Made by a program: the position numbers and the translations under genes. The notes under the pieces were generated by a model. The model was not told the origin of the DNA. It saw nothing but the letters and a program-made list of their open reading frames with translations, and did no database searches. Positions 19,133 through 28,134 of a stretch of DNA of 64,000 nucleotides are shown piece after piece. Source of the DNA: Planctomycetota bacterium (GTDB lineage Bacteria > Planctomycetota > B15-G4 > JADJEK01); the NCBI GenBank assembly GCA_044225365.1, contig JBGAIQ010000011.1, forward strand, positions 64,001-128,000, read 5' to 3'. How positions within the stretch are numbered: the first letter of the stretch is position 1; every line of letters begins with the position of its first letter.

Positions 19133-21570
19133 TGGCAGGATTCGCAGACGATGGGGTTCTCGAGCAACTTCTTGCGGGCTTCTTCCGCAGGGGTCGGATG
19201 CGACACCGCCGCGGCCGTCACCGTCGTCTTGGCGATCTTCGTCGCGGGACGCGAACGCAGGTAGTAGGTGGTCTTCAGACCCTTCTTCCAGGCGTAGAAG
19301 TACATCGACGAGAGCGCGGCGATGTTGGGGTTCTCGATGAACAGATTCAGCGATTGGCTCTGGTCGATGAATGCGCCGCGGTCCGCCGCCATGTCGATCA
19401 TCGAGCGCTGCGGAATCTCCCAGACCGTGCGGAAGACCTGCTTCAACTCGGCCGGGATCTCCGCGATGTTCTGGATCGAGCCGTCCGCCAGCTTGATCTG
19501 GTTGCGGATGTTCTCGTTCCAGAGTCCGCGCTCCTTCAGCTCGCGCACCAGGTAGCGGTTGATCTGGAGGAAGTCGCCGGACAGCGTCTCGCGCTTGAAG
19601 AGGTTGCTGATCTGCGGCTCGATGCACTCGTAGCAGCCTGCGATCGAGGCGATCGTCGCCGTCGGGGCGATCGCGATGAGGAGCGAATTGCGCAGCCCGT
19701 GCTTCTTGATGCGTTCGCGAAGTTCGGACCAACGGCCCGCTTCCTCGGGAACGACGTTCCACGCGTCGAACTGGAGTTCGCCCTGCGCCGCACGAGTCTG
19801 CGGAAACGCAACGTGCGGACCCTTCTCGATCGCGAGTTCACAGCTCGTCGACAAGGCCTGGAAGTAGATCTCTTCGCTGATCTTCTTCGAGAGCTCCGCG
19901 GCGCCGTCGCTGTCGAACGGCAATCCGAGCATGAAGAACACGTCCTGCAGACCCATGAGGCCGAGGCCGACCGGCCGCCATTTCCGGTTCGAGGTCTCTG
20001 CCGTGTCGATCGGATAGAAGTTGAGGTCGATCACGCGATCGAGTTGCCGGATCGCGACGTCGACGGTCTTCTTCAACTTCTCGAAGTTGAAGAGACCCTG
20101 CGAAGTCATGTGCCGCCCAAGGTTGATCGAGCCGAGGTTGCAGACGGCGGTCTCGTCGTCGTTCGTCACCTCGAGGATCTCGGTGCACAGGTTCGACAGG
20201 TGAATGACGTTGCCCTTCGCGGCGGTCTGATTGCTCGCGCGATTCGACTTGTCCTTGAACGTCATCCAGCCGTTGCCGGTCTGCGCGAGCGTGCGCATCA
20301 TCTTGGCGTAGAGATCGCGCGCCTTCAGCTTGCGCTTCGCGAGCCCCTTCTCCTCGGCCTCGACGTAGAAGTGCTCGAATTCCTCCCCGAAGGAGTCGAT
20401 GAGCTGCGGCACTTCCTTCGGATCGAAGAGCGACCAGTCCGCGTCCGATTCGACCCGCTTCATGAACAGGTCGGAGACCCAGTTCGCGAGATTGAGGTTG
20501 TGCGTGCGGCGGACGGCGTCACCCGTGTTGTCACGCAGTTCGAGGAACTCCTCGATGTCGGCGTGCCACGTCTCGAGGTACACGCAGCAGGCGCCTTTGC
20601 GCTTGCCGCCCTGATTGACGGCCGCGACCGAAGCATCGAGCGTGTGGAGCCACGGCACGATGCCATTCGAGAGCCCATTCGTCGACTCGATGAGCGAGCC
20701 GCGGCTGCGAACGCGGTGATACGCGATGCCGATGCCACCCGCGAACTTCGAGAGCAGTGCGACGTCGGTGTACTTCTTGTAGATCGCCTCGAGGTGGTCC
20801 GTCGGCGAGTCGAGCAGGAAGCACGAGCTGAGCTGTTCGTGACGCGTGCCGGCGTTGAACAGGGTCGGCGACGAGGGAACGTAGTCGAGTGAGGAGAAGA
20901 GGCGATACAGCTCGATCGCCTCGTGGACATTCTCCGACAACGCGCATGCGACGCGCATGAAGAACTGCTGGGGCGACTCGATCACGAGGCGCGACGAAGG
21001 GTTCTTCAGCAAGTAGCGGTCGTAGAGCGTGCGGAGCCCGAAGTACTCGAAGAGGTGATTGCGCTGGGGATCGATCGCGTCGTTCAGCTTGCGGCTGTTC
21101 GCCTGCACGAAGTGCAACACGCGATCGTTGATCAATCGGAAGCGATGCCCGGTCGCGATCGACTGGGAGAAGGAGTGGATCTCCTGGTTCTGGACTTCCT
21201 TGTCGATGAAGGTCGCGAGCAGCCGCGCCGCGAGCAGTGAATACTCATGCTCCTCGGCGATCAGCGACGCCGCGGTCTGGATGGAGAGCTGGTCCAGCTC
21301 CTTGGTCGTGGCGCCGTCGTAGATGCCGGAGATCGTCTTCGTGGCGACTCGGATCGAGTCGACGTGCGTGAGTCCAACGCACGAGCGGCTCACGGCCCGA
21401 ACGATCTTGTTGAGGTCGACCTTCTCGAGCGTGCCGTTGCGCTTGCGCACGCACATCGAGGTCTGCGCGTCGCCCTCTGCGCCGCCCATTCCGTCATTCA
21501 GATCCAGCGAACCGGGCTCGATGACGTGCTCGGGCTCGCGAACGCGAACCGCTTCGCTTCCGCTCTCCAT
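19129..21570 (-). CDS. nrdA: Class Ia ribonucleotide reductase alpha subunit with ATP cone
   Basis: ATP cone (VRKRNGT...), SPTLFNAG, LSSCF, SNLCTEI, CNLGSINL, IAPTATIA, GLKTTYYLR and C-terminal CESCQ. Likely start ATG 21570. Confidence 0.96.
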   Translation of the reverse strand: MESGSEAVRVREPEHVIEPGSLDLNDGMGGAEGDAQTSMCVRKRNGTLEKVDLNKIVRAVSRSCVGLTHVDSIRVATKTISGIYDGATTKELDQLSIQTAASLIAEEHEYSLLAARLLATFIDKEVQNQEIHSFSQSIATGHRFRLINDRVLHFVQANSRKLNDAIDPQRNHLFEYFGLRTLYDRYLLKNPSSRLVIESPQQFFMRVACALSENVHEAIELYRLFSSLDYVPSSPTLFNAGTRHEQLSSCFLLDSPTDHLEAIYKKYTDVALLSKFAGGIGIAYHRVRSRGSLIESTNGLSNGIVPWLHTLDASVAAVNQGGKRKGACCVYLETWHADIEEFLELRDNTGDAVRRTHNLNLANWVSDLFMKRVESDADWSLFDPKEVPQLIDSFGEEFEHFYVEAEEKGLAKRKLKARDLYAKMMRTLAQTGNGWMTFKDKSNRASNQTAAKGNVIHLSNLCTEILEVTNDDETAVCNLGSINLGRHMTSQGLFNFEKLKKTVDVAIRQLDRVIDLNFYPIDTAETSNRKWRPVGLGLMGLQDVFFMLGLPFDSDGAAELSKKISEEIYFQALSTSCELAIEKGPHVAFPQTRAAQGELQFDAWNVVPEEAGRWSELRERIKKHGLRNSLLIAIAPTATIASIAGCYECIEPQISNLFKRETLSGDFLQINRYLVRELKERGLWNENIRNQIKLADGSIQNIAEIPAELKQVFRTVWEIPQRSMIDMAADRGAFIDQSQSLNLFIENPNIAALSSMYFYAWKKGLKTTYYLRSRPATKIAKTTVTAAAVSHPTPAEEARKKLLENPIVCESCQ

Positions 21571-21648
21571 GATCCACTCCAGCGCTGATGATCGACTTCT
21601 GTCGCCTCGCCGCCGGGAACCACGATCCCGACGCCTCCAGAAGCGGGG

Positions 21649-21696
21649 GCCCGTTATATAGGGGCCGGGGCGGAGTGGAAGCACAAAATGTAGGGG
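21649..21696 (-). promoter_or_regulatory. Tandem NrdR boxes upstream of nrdAB
   Basis: Minus strand CCCCTACATTTTGTGC (21681-21696) and CCCCTATATAACGGGC (21649-21664), 32 bp apart. Both match the NrdR consensus acaCwAtATaTwGtgt and the usual tandem spacing. Confidence 0.75.
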
Positions 21697-21776
21697 TTCG
21701 AGCCTACGCCCCCCTCCATCGTGTCGCAGGTCGTCTGGACCCCTTTTCGCGGGACCAACTTGGGAACGAAATGAGG

Positions 21777-21829
21777 ACCGCCGGGCTCTGCCAGGCATGG
21801 ATGGAAGATGCCGGGCGGAGCCCGGCGGT
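21777..21829. repeat. Inverted REP doublet (family 2)
   Basis: ACCGCCGGGCTCTGCCAGGCAT (21777-21798) and ATGCCGGGCGGAGCCCGGCGGT (21808-21829) are reverse complements with 2 mismatches. Related to the repeat at 45575-45706. Confidence 0.75.
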
Positions 21830-21846
21830 TCAGTGCGGTCCGATCC

Positions 21847-23094
21847 CTAGATGAAGCCGAGATCCTGAGGCACGTAGCCCCCGAAGAGCTGGGTCGCGGT
21901 GGCTTGCGATTCGCCGAGCCACTTCATCACGAGGGTGCCGAGGACATCGCGGTAGTCGAGGTTGAGAGAGATCTCACCGGTGGGATCGAGCTGGGCGGGG
22001 TCGAGGGAGGGGTGCGGGTTCAGGAAGCCACCGTGAACGGTGTCGCCGAGGACGAATACGGGGTTGACGGTGCCGTGGTCGGTACCGCCCGAAGCGTTCT
22101 CGCGGAGCGTACGGCCGAACTCGGAGGTGACGACGATCAAGGTGTTGCTCCCGAGTCCAAGAGCCCCGAGATCCGTGCGGAATGCGGCGAGGCCCTGCGA
22201 GATCAGCGCGAGCATGTTGGAATGGAAGCCGTCCTTGTTCTGGTCGGCGTGCGTGTCGAAGTTGCCGTACTGTACGCGGAAGAACCGCAGGCCCAGGTTT
22301 GCGCTCAGGAGGCGCAATACGATCTGCATCGCGAGGGAGAAGCTGCCGGCCGGATACGCGCCCTGGAACTGGACCTGCGGGACGGTCTTCAGCGTGTCGA
22401 CGAGCTCGAGGAGCTGGTCGCTCGTAGCACCGATGGACTGCAGCATCCCGCTCGTCGCGAGCGACGCGGCGACCATCGATTCGTAGGCCTTTCGACGATT
22501 CGGCCCGTCTTCGGGATGGGCGTAGTCGAACGGGAAATTGAAGGCCTCGATCACGCCGATCGCCGGGATCTCGCCCGCCGCTCCCGCGGTCAGCAGTGTC
22601 GTCGTATCGCCGATCTCCGTCGCGAAGGGGAATGACGGCTTCGGATACAGCGAGAGATAACGGCCGAGCCAGCCCGTGGTGCCAGGAGCGGAGGGCAACC
22701 CTGAGCGCCAGATACGCGCCGAGTAGTCGTGTGACAGATTCGGATTGGGATATCCGACGCCCTGCATCACGGCGAGGCGTCCCGTGAGGTAGAGGTCGCG
22801 CATCTCCTTCCACGACGGATGGAATCCGTAGGGCTTGCCCGCGATCTTGAGCACCTGGCTCTCGGGAACGCCGAGATTCGGGCGGTAGAGGTCGTAGTAC
22901 GCGCCTCCGTTCACCCCGAATGGGACGATCGTATTGAGGCCGTCGTTCCCGCCCTGCAGCTCGACGAACACGATGTTGCGAGCCGGCGCGCCCGGCGCGC
23001 CGAAAGCGGTACTCACTCCGAGGGAGCGCAAGGCCAAGAGCGCGGGGATCGCACTCGCGCCCTTCTTCATCAGATCGCGGCGAGAGAGGCTCAT
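21847..23094 (-). CDS. DUF1501 family protein (DUF1800-associated, Tat signal)
   Basis: MSLSRRDLMK Tat motif. LQGGNDGLNT, GYPNPNLSH, FDTHADQ and SEFGRTLRENASGGTDHG motifs. ATGA overlap with the DUF1800 gene. Confidence 0.9.
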   Translation of the reverse strand: MSLSRRDLMKKGASAIPALLALRSLGVSTAFGAPGAPARNIVFVELQGGNDGLNTIVPFGVNGGAYYDLYRPNLGVPESQVLKIAGKPYGFHPSWKEMRDLYLTGRLAVMQGVGYPNPNLSHDYSARIWRSGLPSAPGTTGWLGRYLSLYPKPSFPFATEIGDTTTLLTAGAAGEIPAIGVIEAFNFPFDYAHPEDGPNRRKAYESMVAASLATSGMLQSIGATSDQLLELVDTLKTVPQVQFQGAYPAGSFSLAMQIVLRLLSANLGLRFFRVQYGNFDTHADQNKDGFHSNMLALISQGLAAFRTDLGALGLGSNTLIVVTSEFGRTLRENASGGTDHGTVNPVFVLGDTVHGGFLNPHPSLDPAQLDPTGEISLNLDYRDVLGTLVMKWLGESQATATQLFGGYVPQDLGFI

Positions 23095-24458
23095 GCGAAC
23101 TGGTACTCCGGACTCGCGAGGATGAGCGCGACGAGGCCCCGGACTTTCACTTCCGCTGTCGCGTCGTCGAGTACGAACGGGACGATGTCTCCATGGGGAG
23201 ACTGCTGCATGTACTTCACGAGCGCGTTGAACGTCGCGTTCGATACGTTTCCCACGTTGAGTTGCGCGAGGGCTCGCAGCACCACGGTAGGTGCGTCGAG
23301 CAACGGCCAGCTCTCGACCGGGCCGAGCAGTTTCTCGAGCTTCCAGGTCACGATCGGCTTGATCTCGACTCGTGCCGTCGCGAGCTGATCTGCGATGCGA
23401 GCGCGCTGCATCATCGTGTTCGTCGTGATCCAGGCCTTGCCTTCGTCCCAACCGAAGACCGAGGGCGGATTGAACAGGACTTGGCCGAGTAGATTGAGGA
23501 GCCACGCGATCTTTGGGCTGTCGATCTTCTTCTTCGAGAACTTTCCGCGCAGCATTCGCAGCGATCCGACGAGGAACTCGATCGGGCTCTTGATGCGCGC
23601 GTACTTCGTCGAGGGCGCGTAGAACTCGTCCATGCGGAAGATGGTCTCGACCATCGTGCGGATGGAACCTCCGCTCTGCTGATACGCCACGACGATCGGC
23701 TGCAGGAGTGGATCGTCGAGCGCAACCGGTCGCGCGAAGAACGAGAACAACTTCCAGGCAATTCGCCGCGCGGTGACCAGATCGGCGACGACGATTTGCA
23801 CGATCTGCTCCCCATCGAGATTGCCCGTGATCCCGCGGAAGGTCTTCGATCCGTAATCGTGCAGCTCGGGCTTGAAGGCGAAGACTCCGTGCTCGAGCGA
23901 CCAACCGGTGAACGCGCGCGCGCCTTCCTTCACGTCGTTCTCGGTGTAATTCGCCTTACCGTTCGCGGCGTAGACGCCACAGGTGAAGATCTCCATCAGC
24001 TCGCGCGCGAAGTTGAGGTTTGGCGCCCCCTTCACGTTGCTGACGGTATCGAGCCACACGAGCATCGCGGGATCGCGCGCCATCGCGAGCGTGAGGTCGT
24101 AGAACTTCCCCGCGCAGTGCTTTCGCAGCGTGACGTTCTGCTTGAACATCGCGAGCGGGTCGACGACTTTGGAAATGCCGGTCGCGAAATGGTTGTGCCA
24201 GAAGAGCGTCAGCTTCTCGATGAGCGGCGACTTGGTCTTCAGCATCCGCGCCAGCCACCAGGTCTGCAGGCGGTCGGGCGGCGCAGGCTTCGCCAGCGTC
24301 CCCATGTAGATCTGCTTCGCCTTGTCCGGCTTGAAGAGTTGCTCGATCGTCGCATCGAGCCCTGCCTTCACGGCGGCGTCGACTTCTGCGAGCGTGGGGC
24401 CGAAACCCGCGCGACGGAGCAGATGTGCGGCATTCTCGGGATCGAAGGAAACGGTCAT
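23091..24458 (-). CDS. DUF1800 family protein
   Basis: HLLRRAGFG, EKLTLFWHNHF, DPAMLVWLD, NFARELMEIFT, ARAFTGW, PPSVFGW and SPEYQ motifs. Confidence 0.92.
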   Translation of the reverse strand: MTVSFDPENAAHLLRRAGFGPTLAEVDAAVKAGLDATIEQLFKPDKAKQIYMGTLAKPAPPDRLQTWWLARMLKTKSPLIEKLTLFWHNHFATGISKVVDPLAMFKQNVTLRKHCAGKFYDLTLAMARDPAMLVWLDTVSNVKGAPNLNFARELMEIFTCGVYAANGKANYTENDVKEGARAFTGWSLEHGVFAFKPELHDYGSKTFRGITGNLDGEQIVQIVVADLVTARRIAWKLFSFFARPVALDDPLLQPIVVAYQQSGGSIRTMVETIFRMDEFYAPSTKYARIKSPIEFLVGSLRMLRGKFSKKKIDSPKIAWLLNLLGQVLFNPPSVFGWDEGKAWITTNTMMQRARIADQLATARVEIKPIVTWKLEKLLGPVESWPLLDAPTVVLRALAQLNVGNVSNATFNALVKYMQQSPHGDIVPFVLDDATAEVKVRGLVALILASPEYQFA

Positions 24459-24637
24459 GGGTCGTCTGGGGGTGCTCGAACTCTCGAGGACTCGTAGAAC
24501 GCGAGCATCTTGCCATGCGAACGCATCGCAATATGTAACGGCAACGTGATTCGATCGCGGCAGGCGGATGCGAATGCGGTAGAGTGGTCGCCCCCCTCAT
24601 CGATCCTTCACGGCACCCGAGCCCCGGGTGAGAATCG

Positions 24638-26734
24638 ATGTCCTCCAGCAATCACGTCCCTCCTGGACTCCCCTTCTTCCAATGGGTCGCGAACGAACTC
24701 GCGGCTCGGTTCGATCTCGTTTACACGCACATCGCCGAACCGGTGGGAGATACGTGGGAGAAGATGCGGATCCTCGGCGGCGTCTGCCGCGGCGATGTCG
24801 TGCTACCTCACGACGACGACCTGCTGGGAACTCCCTGCGAGCGACCCTTCCTCGAAGCCGATTGCGAATTCCCCTCCGGCGTCGCCTCGCGATTCCCGAA
24901 TCGGACCATTTTATCGCAAATCGGTGCCGAAGGTTACTACGGAACGCGGATCGTCGACACGAATGGCAACGCGCTCGGAATCGTGAGCGCGATCACTTCG
25001 CGTCCGGTAAGTGATTTCGAGGACTTGAAGCGCTTCCTCGCGCCGATGAGGCCGCGACTCTTCGCCGAGTTCGCGACGCGAGCGGCGATGCGCGAGCGCG
25101 AGGCCCTGATCCAGGGAACGACGCTGCCGTCGTCGGGAAACGTGTTCGCCGCCCTCGCGATGACCATCGCACGGGCGATGCGCGTGAAGACGGCCTTCAT
25201 CTGCGAGTCGATCCCGGGCGACCCGACGCACGCGCAGACGCTCGGCTTCGTGTTCGACGGCAAGATTCTGCCGAACGAGAAGATCCACCTCACGAACGGA
25301 CCGTGCTCGGACGCCTACGGCAAGAACTGCATGGGCAACGCCGTTTTCGTCGTACCGCACGGAATCCAGCAGCACTATCCGAAGTGCGAGATCCTGAAGA
25401 CCTGGCACGCCGAAGCCTACATGGCTGCTGCAATTCGGGACTCGGCAGGCCGCATGGTGGGCCACATCGCCATCATCCACGATCATCCGATCCAGGATCG
25501 TGCGGGTAGTCACGACCTCCTGCGCATGATCGCGATTCGCGCCGGATTCGAACTCGAACGTCATCGGGTCATCGAAGAGCGCGTCGCGATCGAGCGCCGT
25601 CTGCTCGAGACCCAGCGCCTCGAGAGCCTCGGTCTCCTGGCGGGCGGCGTCGCGCACGACTTCAACAACCTCCTCGTCGGCATCATCGGGAACACGAGCC
25701 TCGCTCTCTCCGAGATCGAGCCGGCATCCCCGATCCGACCGTATCTCCAGGCGATCGAGCTCGCGGGACAGCAGGCCTCGGACCTCGCGCGGCAGATGCT
25801 CGCGTATTCGGGGAAAGGTCGCTTCGACGCACGGCGAATCGACCTGAACGACGTCGTTAGAGACACGATCTCCCTGACGCAGCGTTCGATCCCGCGGTGC
25901 GTGCGGGTCGAGATCGAGGTGACGCGCGATCCGCTCGTCGTCCTCGCGGACGTGTCGCAACTGCGACAGGTCGTGATGAACCTCGTCCTCAACGCGGCCG
26001 AAGCGATCGGAGACGCCGACGGGACCGTCATGATCACGACGCGTCGCTCGATCCTGACGGGCGCTGAATCGGACCCGCTCCCGCCGGGAGAGTACGCTGC
26101 GATCGAAGTGCGCGATACGGGTTGTGGGATGGACGATGCCACGGCACGCCGCATCTTCGAACCCTTCTTCTCGACGAAGTTCACGGGTCGCGGCCTCGGC
26201 CTCGCGGCGGTCTCCGGGATCCTGCGCAGACACGGCGCGTCGATCGATGTGAAGAGCAAGAAGGACCACGGCAGCACGTTCCGGGTGCTCGTGCCGGTCG
26301 CCGCGGGTGCGACGGAATCGAATGCCCCAACGTCGCAAGCCTCCAATCTCGTCGCCGAGAAGGGCGCGGTCCTCGTGATCGACGACGAAGAGGTCGTGCG
26401 CAACACGACCGCGAACATCGTTCGTCACTGCGGGCTCGCGTGCATTCCGGCCGTCGACGGCGCAGCCGGTATCGAGGCGTTCCATTCGCATCGACCGCAC
26501 ATCCGCGCGGTGCTGCTCGATCTCACGATGCCTGGAATGAATGGCGTCGAAGTCCTCTCCGAGCTGCGCAGACTCGATCCCCAGGTGCGAGTGATCCTAA
26601 TGACGGGATTCGACGAATCCGACGCACTCCTGCGTTTCGAGGAGAGCGCCATCGATGGGCCCGCGGCGTTCCTCGGCAAACCGTTTCGGACCGAGGACCT
26701 TGCCGAGAAGTTGCGCCAACTCATCGGGGTCTGA
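24638..26734 (+). CDS. Cytoplasmic hybrid histidine kinase / response regulator with GAF-like input
   Basis: H-box GGVAHDFNNLL, N-box NLVLNAAEA, DTGCGM, FEPFFSTK and GRGLGL. Receiver LVIDDE...LLDLTMPGMNG...KPF. Two GAF-like N-terminal repeats and no TM. Confidence 0.92.
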   Translation: MSSSNHVPPGLPFFQWVANELAARFDLVYTHIAEPVGDTWEKMRILGGVCRGDVVLPHDDDLLGTPCERPFLEADCEFPSGVASRFPNRTILSQIGAEGYYGTRIVDTNGNALGIVSAITSRPVSDFEDLKRFLAPMRPRLFAEFATRAAMREREALIQGTTLPSSGNVFAALAMTIARAMRVKTAFICESIPGDPTHAQTLGFVFDGKILPNEKIHLTNGPCSDAYGKNCMGNAVFVVPHGIQQHYPKCEILKTWHAEAYMAAAIRDSAGRMVGHIAIIHDHPIQDRAGSHDLLRMIAIRAGFELERHRVIEERVAIERRLLETQRLESLGLLAGGVAHDFNNLLVGIIGNTSLALSEIEPASPIRPYLQAIELAGQQASDLARQMLAYSGKGRFDARRIDLNDVVRDTISLTQRSIPRCVRVEIEVTRDPLVVLADVSQLRQVVMNLVLNAAEAIGDADGTVMITTRRSILTGAESDPLPPGEYAAIEVRDTGCGMDDATARRIFEPFFSTKFTGRGLGLAAVSGILRRHGASIDVKSKKDHGSTFRVLVPVAAGATESNAPTSQASNLVAEKGAVLVIDDEEVVRNTTANIVRHCGLACIPAVDGAAGIEAFHSHRPHIRAVLLDLTMPGMNGVEVLSELRRLDPQVRVILMTGFDESDALLRFEESAIDGPAAFLGKPFRTEDLAEKLRQLIGV

Positions 26735-26741
26735 AGGCGGG

Positions 26742-28064
26742 ATGAGAGTACGGCGTCGCTTCTTCGTCATCGTGAGCCTCGTGAGTGCCCTGGCCGCTGC
26801 GAGTCCAGAAACGGATCTCCTCGCACGGCAGCTCGCGAGCTGGCTGTCCCTCGCTACGAAGAGCGCGTTCAAGACGCCGCCGAAAGCGGAACTCGCCAGC
26901 GCCGAGTCGATGCGCAATGCCTGCCGAACGATCCTGAACGCGACCTTCTCCGAAGCGGGATGGAAGGCGCGCGCGGAACTCGCGAGAGCCTTTGGCGCTT
27001 TCCCACCAATGCCGAACGCCGCCTTCGACATCGACGATTACTTCATCGAATCGAAGTTACAGCTCGGCACGCAATGCGAGCTCGCCGGTGCCCGAGCATT
27101 GCTCGCGAACACGTTCACCGAGGCGAATGCCGTCACGCTTGCGAGTGAGTTCGGGTTCCTGCTCTTCGACCAGAACGTCGGCGCTCTCTCGTTCCTTTCG
27201 ACGGGGGACGACGACGAACGCGTCGCCCGCCGAATGGTCCTCCTCGGTCTCGCCCGTTTCTTCGCACATCGTGCCGTCACTCTGCACGCGAGTGAGCTCG
27301 GCGCGACCGTGAAGGACGCGGATGCGAAATCGTTCCCCCCGAGAACGCTGCGTAGGACCATGGCCGCGATGGCTGCGCCGCAGTACGTCATCGAGCGATT
27401 CGCGCTGGAGGAGGAGCGCGGCTTGGAATGCGTCGAGCGCGTGTACGCGGAGGGTGGTGCGGATGCGTTGCGCTCCCTGCTCGCCAGCCCGCCGACGGAA
27501 TCGGCCGACGTGCTGCATCCCGAGCGTTTCCTTGCGAAGCCGAAGGCTCGTTCCGCGCCCTTGAAACTCCTTTTCGCGCCGTCGGATCTCGGAAAGGGAT
27601 GGACCGCGACGTACGAAGGGCGAATTGGCGAATTCGAATCGGAGTTGATCCTGCGACTCGGCGGCGACGCGGTGCGCGCGCGATTGGCGGCCGATGGGAT
27701 CGGCCTCGACGCCATCTCGATCTTCTCGCACGACGGCGAATCCGAGCGGCTCTATTCGTGGTCGATCGAAGCCGAATCCGCGAAGGACGCCGCCGAAGTG
27801 ATCGATGCCTTGAAGAAGCTGTTCGATCGCTTCGATACCACGAAAGCGGCGAACAAGGCGACCGGAAAGCCGCTCGACGCCGTGACGACCGTCACGGTCG
27901 ATCCCGCGCGCACGAGCATCCTCGTGCGATTCGGGGACGCCACGCCCAGCGACGCACAGGACGCGGGACGATTGATCGCGGTCGCGAAACGCGTGAACGA
28001 CCGCGTCGATGTCGTTCTGTATCGCGGCAGCCGGATCGCGCTCGAATCGTTGCTTCCGCTTTGA
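26742..28064 (+). CDS. Secreted hypothetical protein resembling a putative metallopeptidase family but lacking HExxH
   Basis: Signal peptide from ATG 26742. PPTESADVLHPERFL, GRIGEF and AADGIGLD resemble PPxSTEQxLHPExY / AAxGWGGD motifs. Confidence 0.6.
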   Translation: MRVRRRFFVIVSLVSALAAASPETDLLARQLASWLSLATKSAFKTPPKAELASAESMRNACRTILNATFSEAGWKARAELARAFGAFPPMPNAAFDIDDYFIESKLQLGTQCELAGARALLANTFTEANAVTLASEFGFLLFDQNVGALSFLSTGDDDERVARRMVLLGLARFFAHRAVTLHASELGATVKDADAKSFPPRTLRRTMAAMAAPQYVIERFALEEERGLECVERVYAEGGADALRSLLASPPTESADVLHPERFLAKPKARSAPLKLLFAPSDLGKGWTATYEGRIGEFESELILRLGGDAVRARLAADGIGLDAISIFSHDGESERLYSWSIEAESAKDAAEVIDALKKLFDRFDTTKAANKATGKPLDAVTTVTVDPARTSILVRFGDATPSDAQDAGRLIAVAKRVNDRVDVVLYRGSRIALESLLPL

Positions 28065-28134
28065 GCGGAGCCCGATCGTCCCTCGGAATTCGTTATCCTC
28101 TCAACGGGTCTCGCTCGTTTGCTACGGGGGTCTC

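Noticed and set aside
21571-21846. Cobalamin riboswitch upstream of nrdAB (as in Streptomyces)
   Set aside because: No recognisable B12-box. The region is explained by NrdR boxes and a REP doublet.
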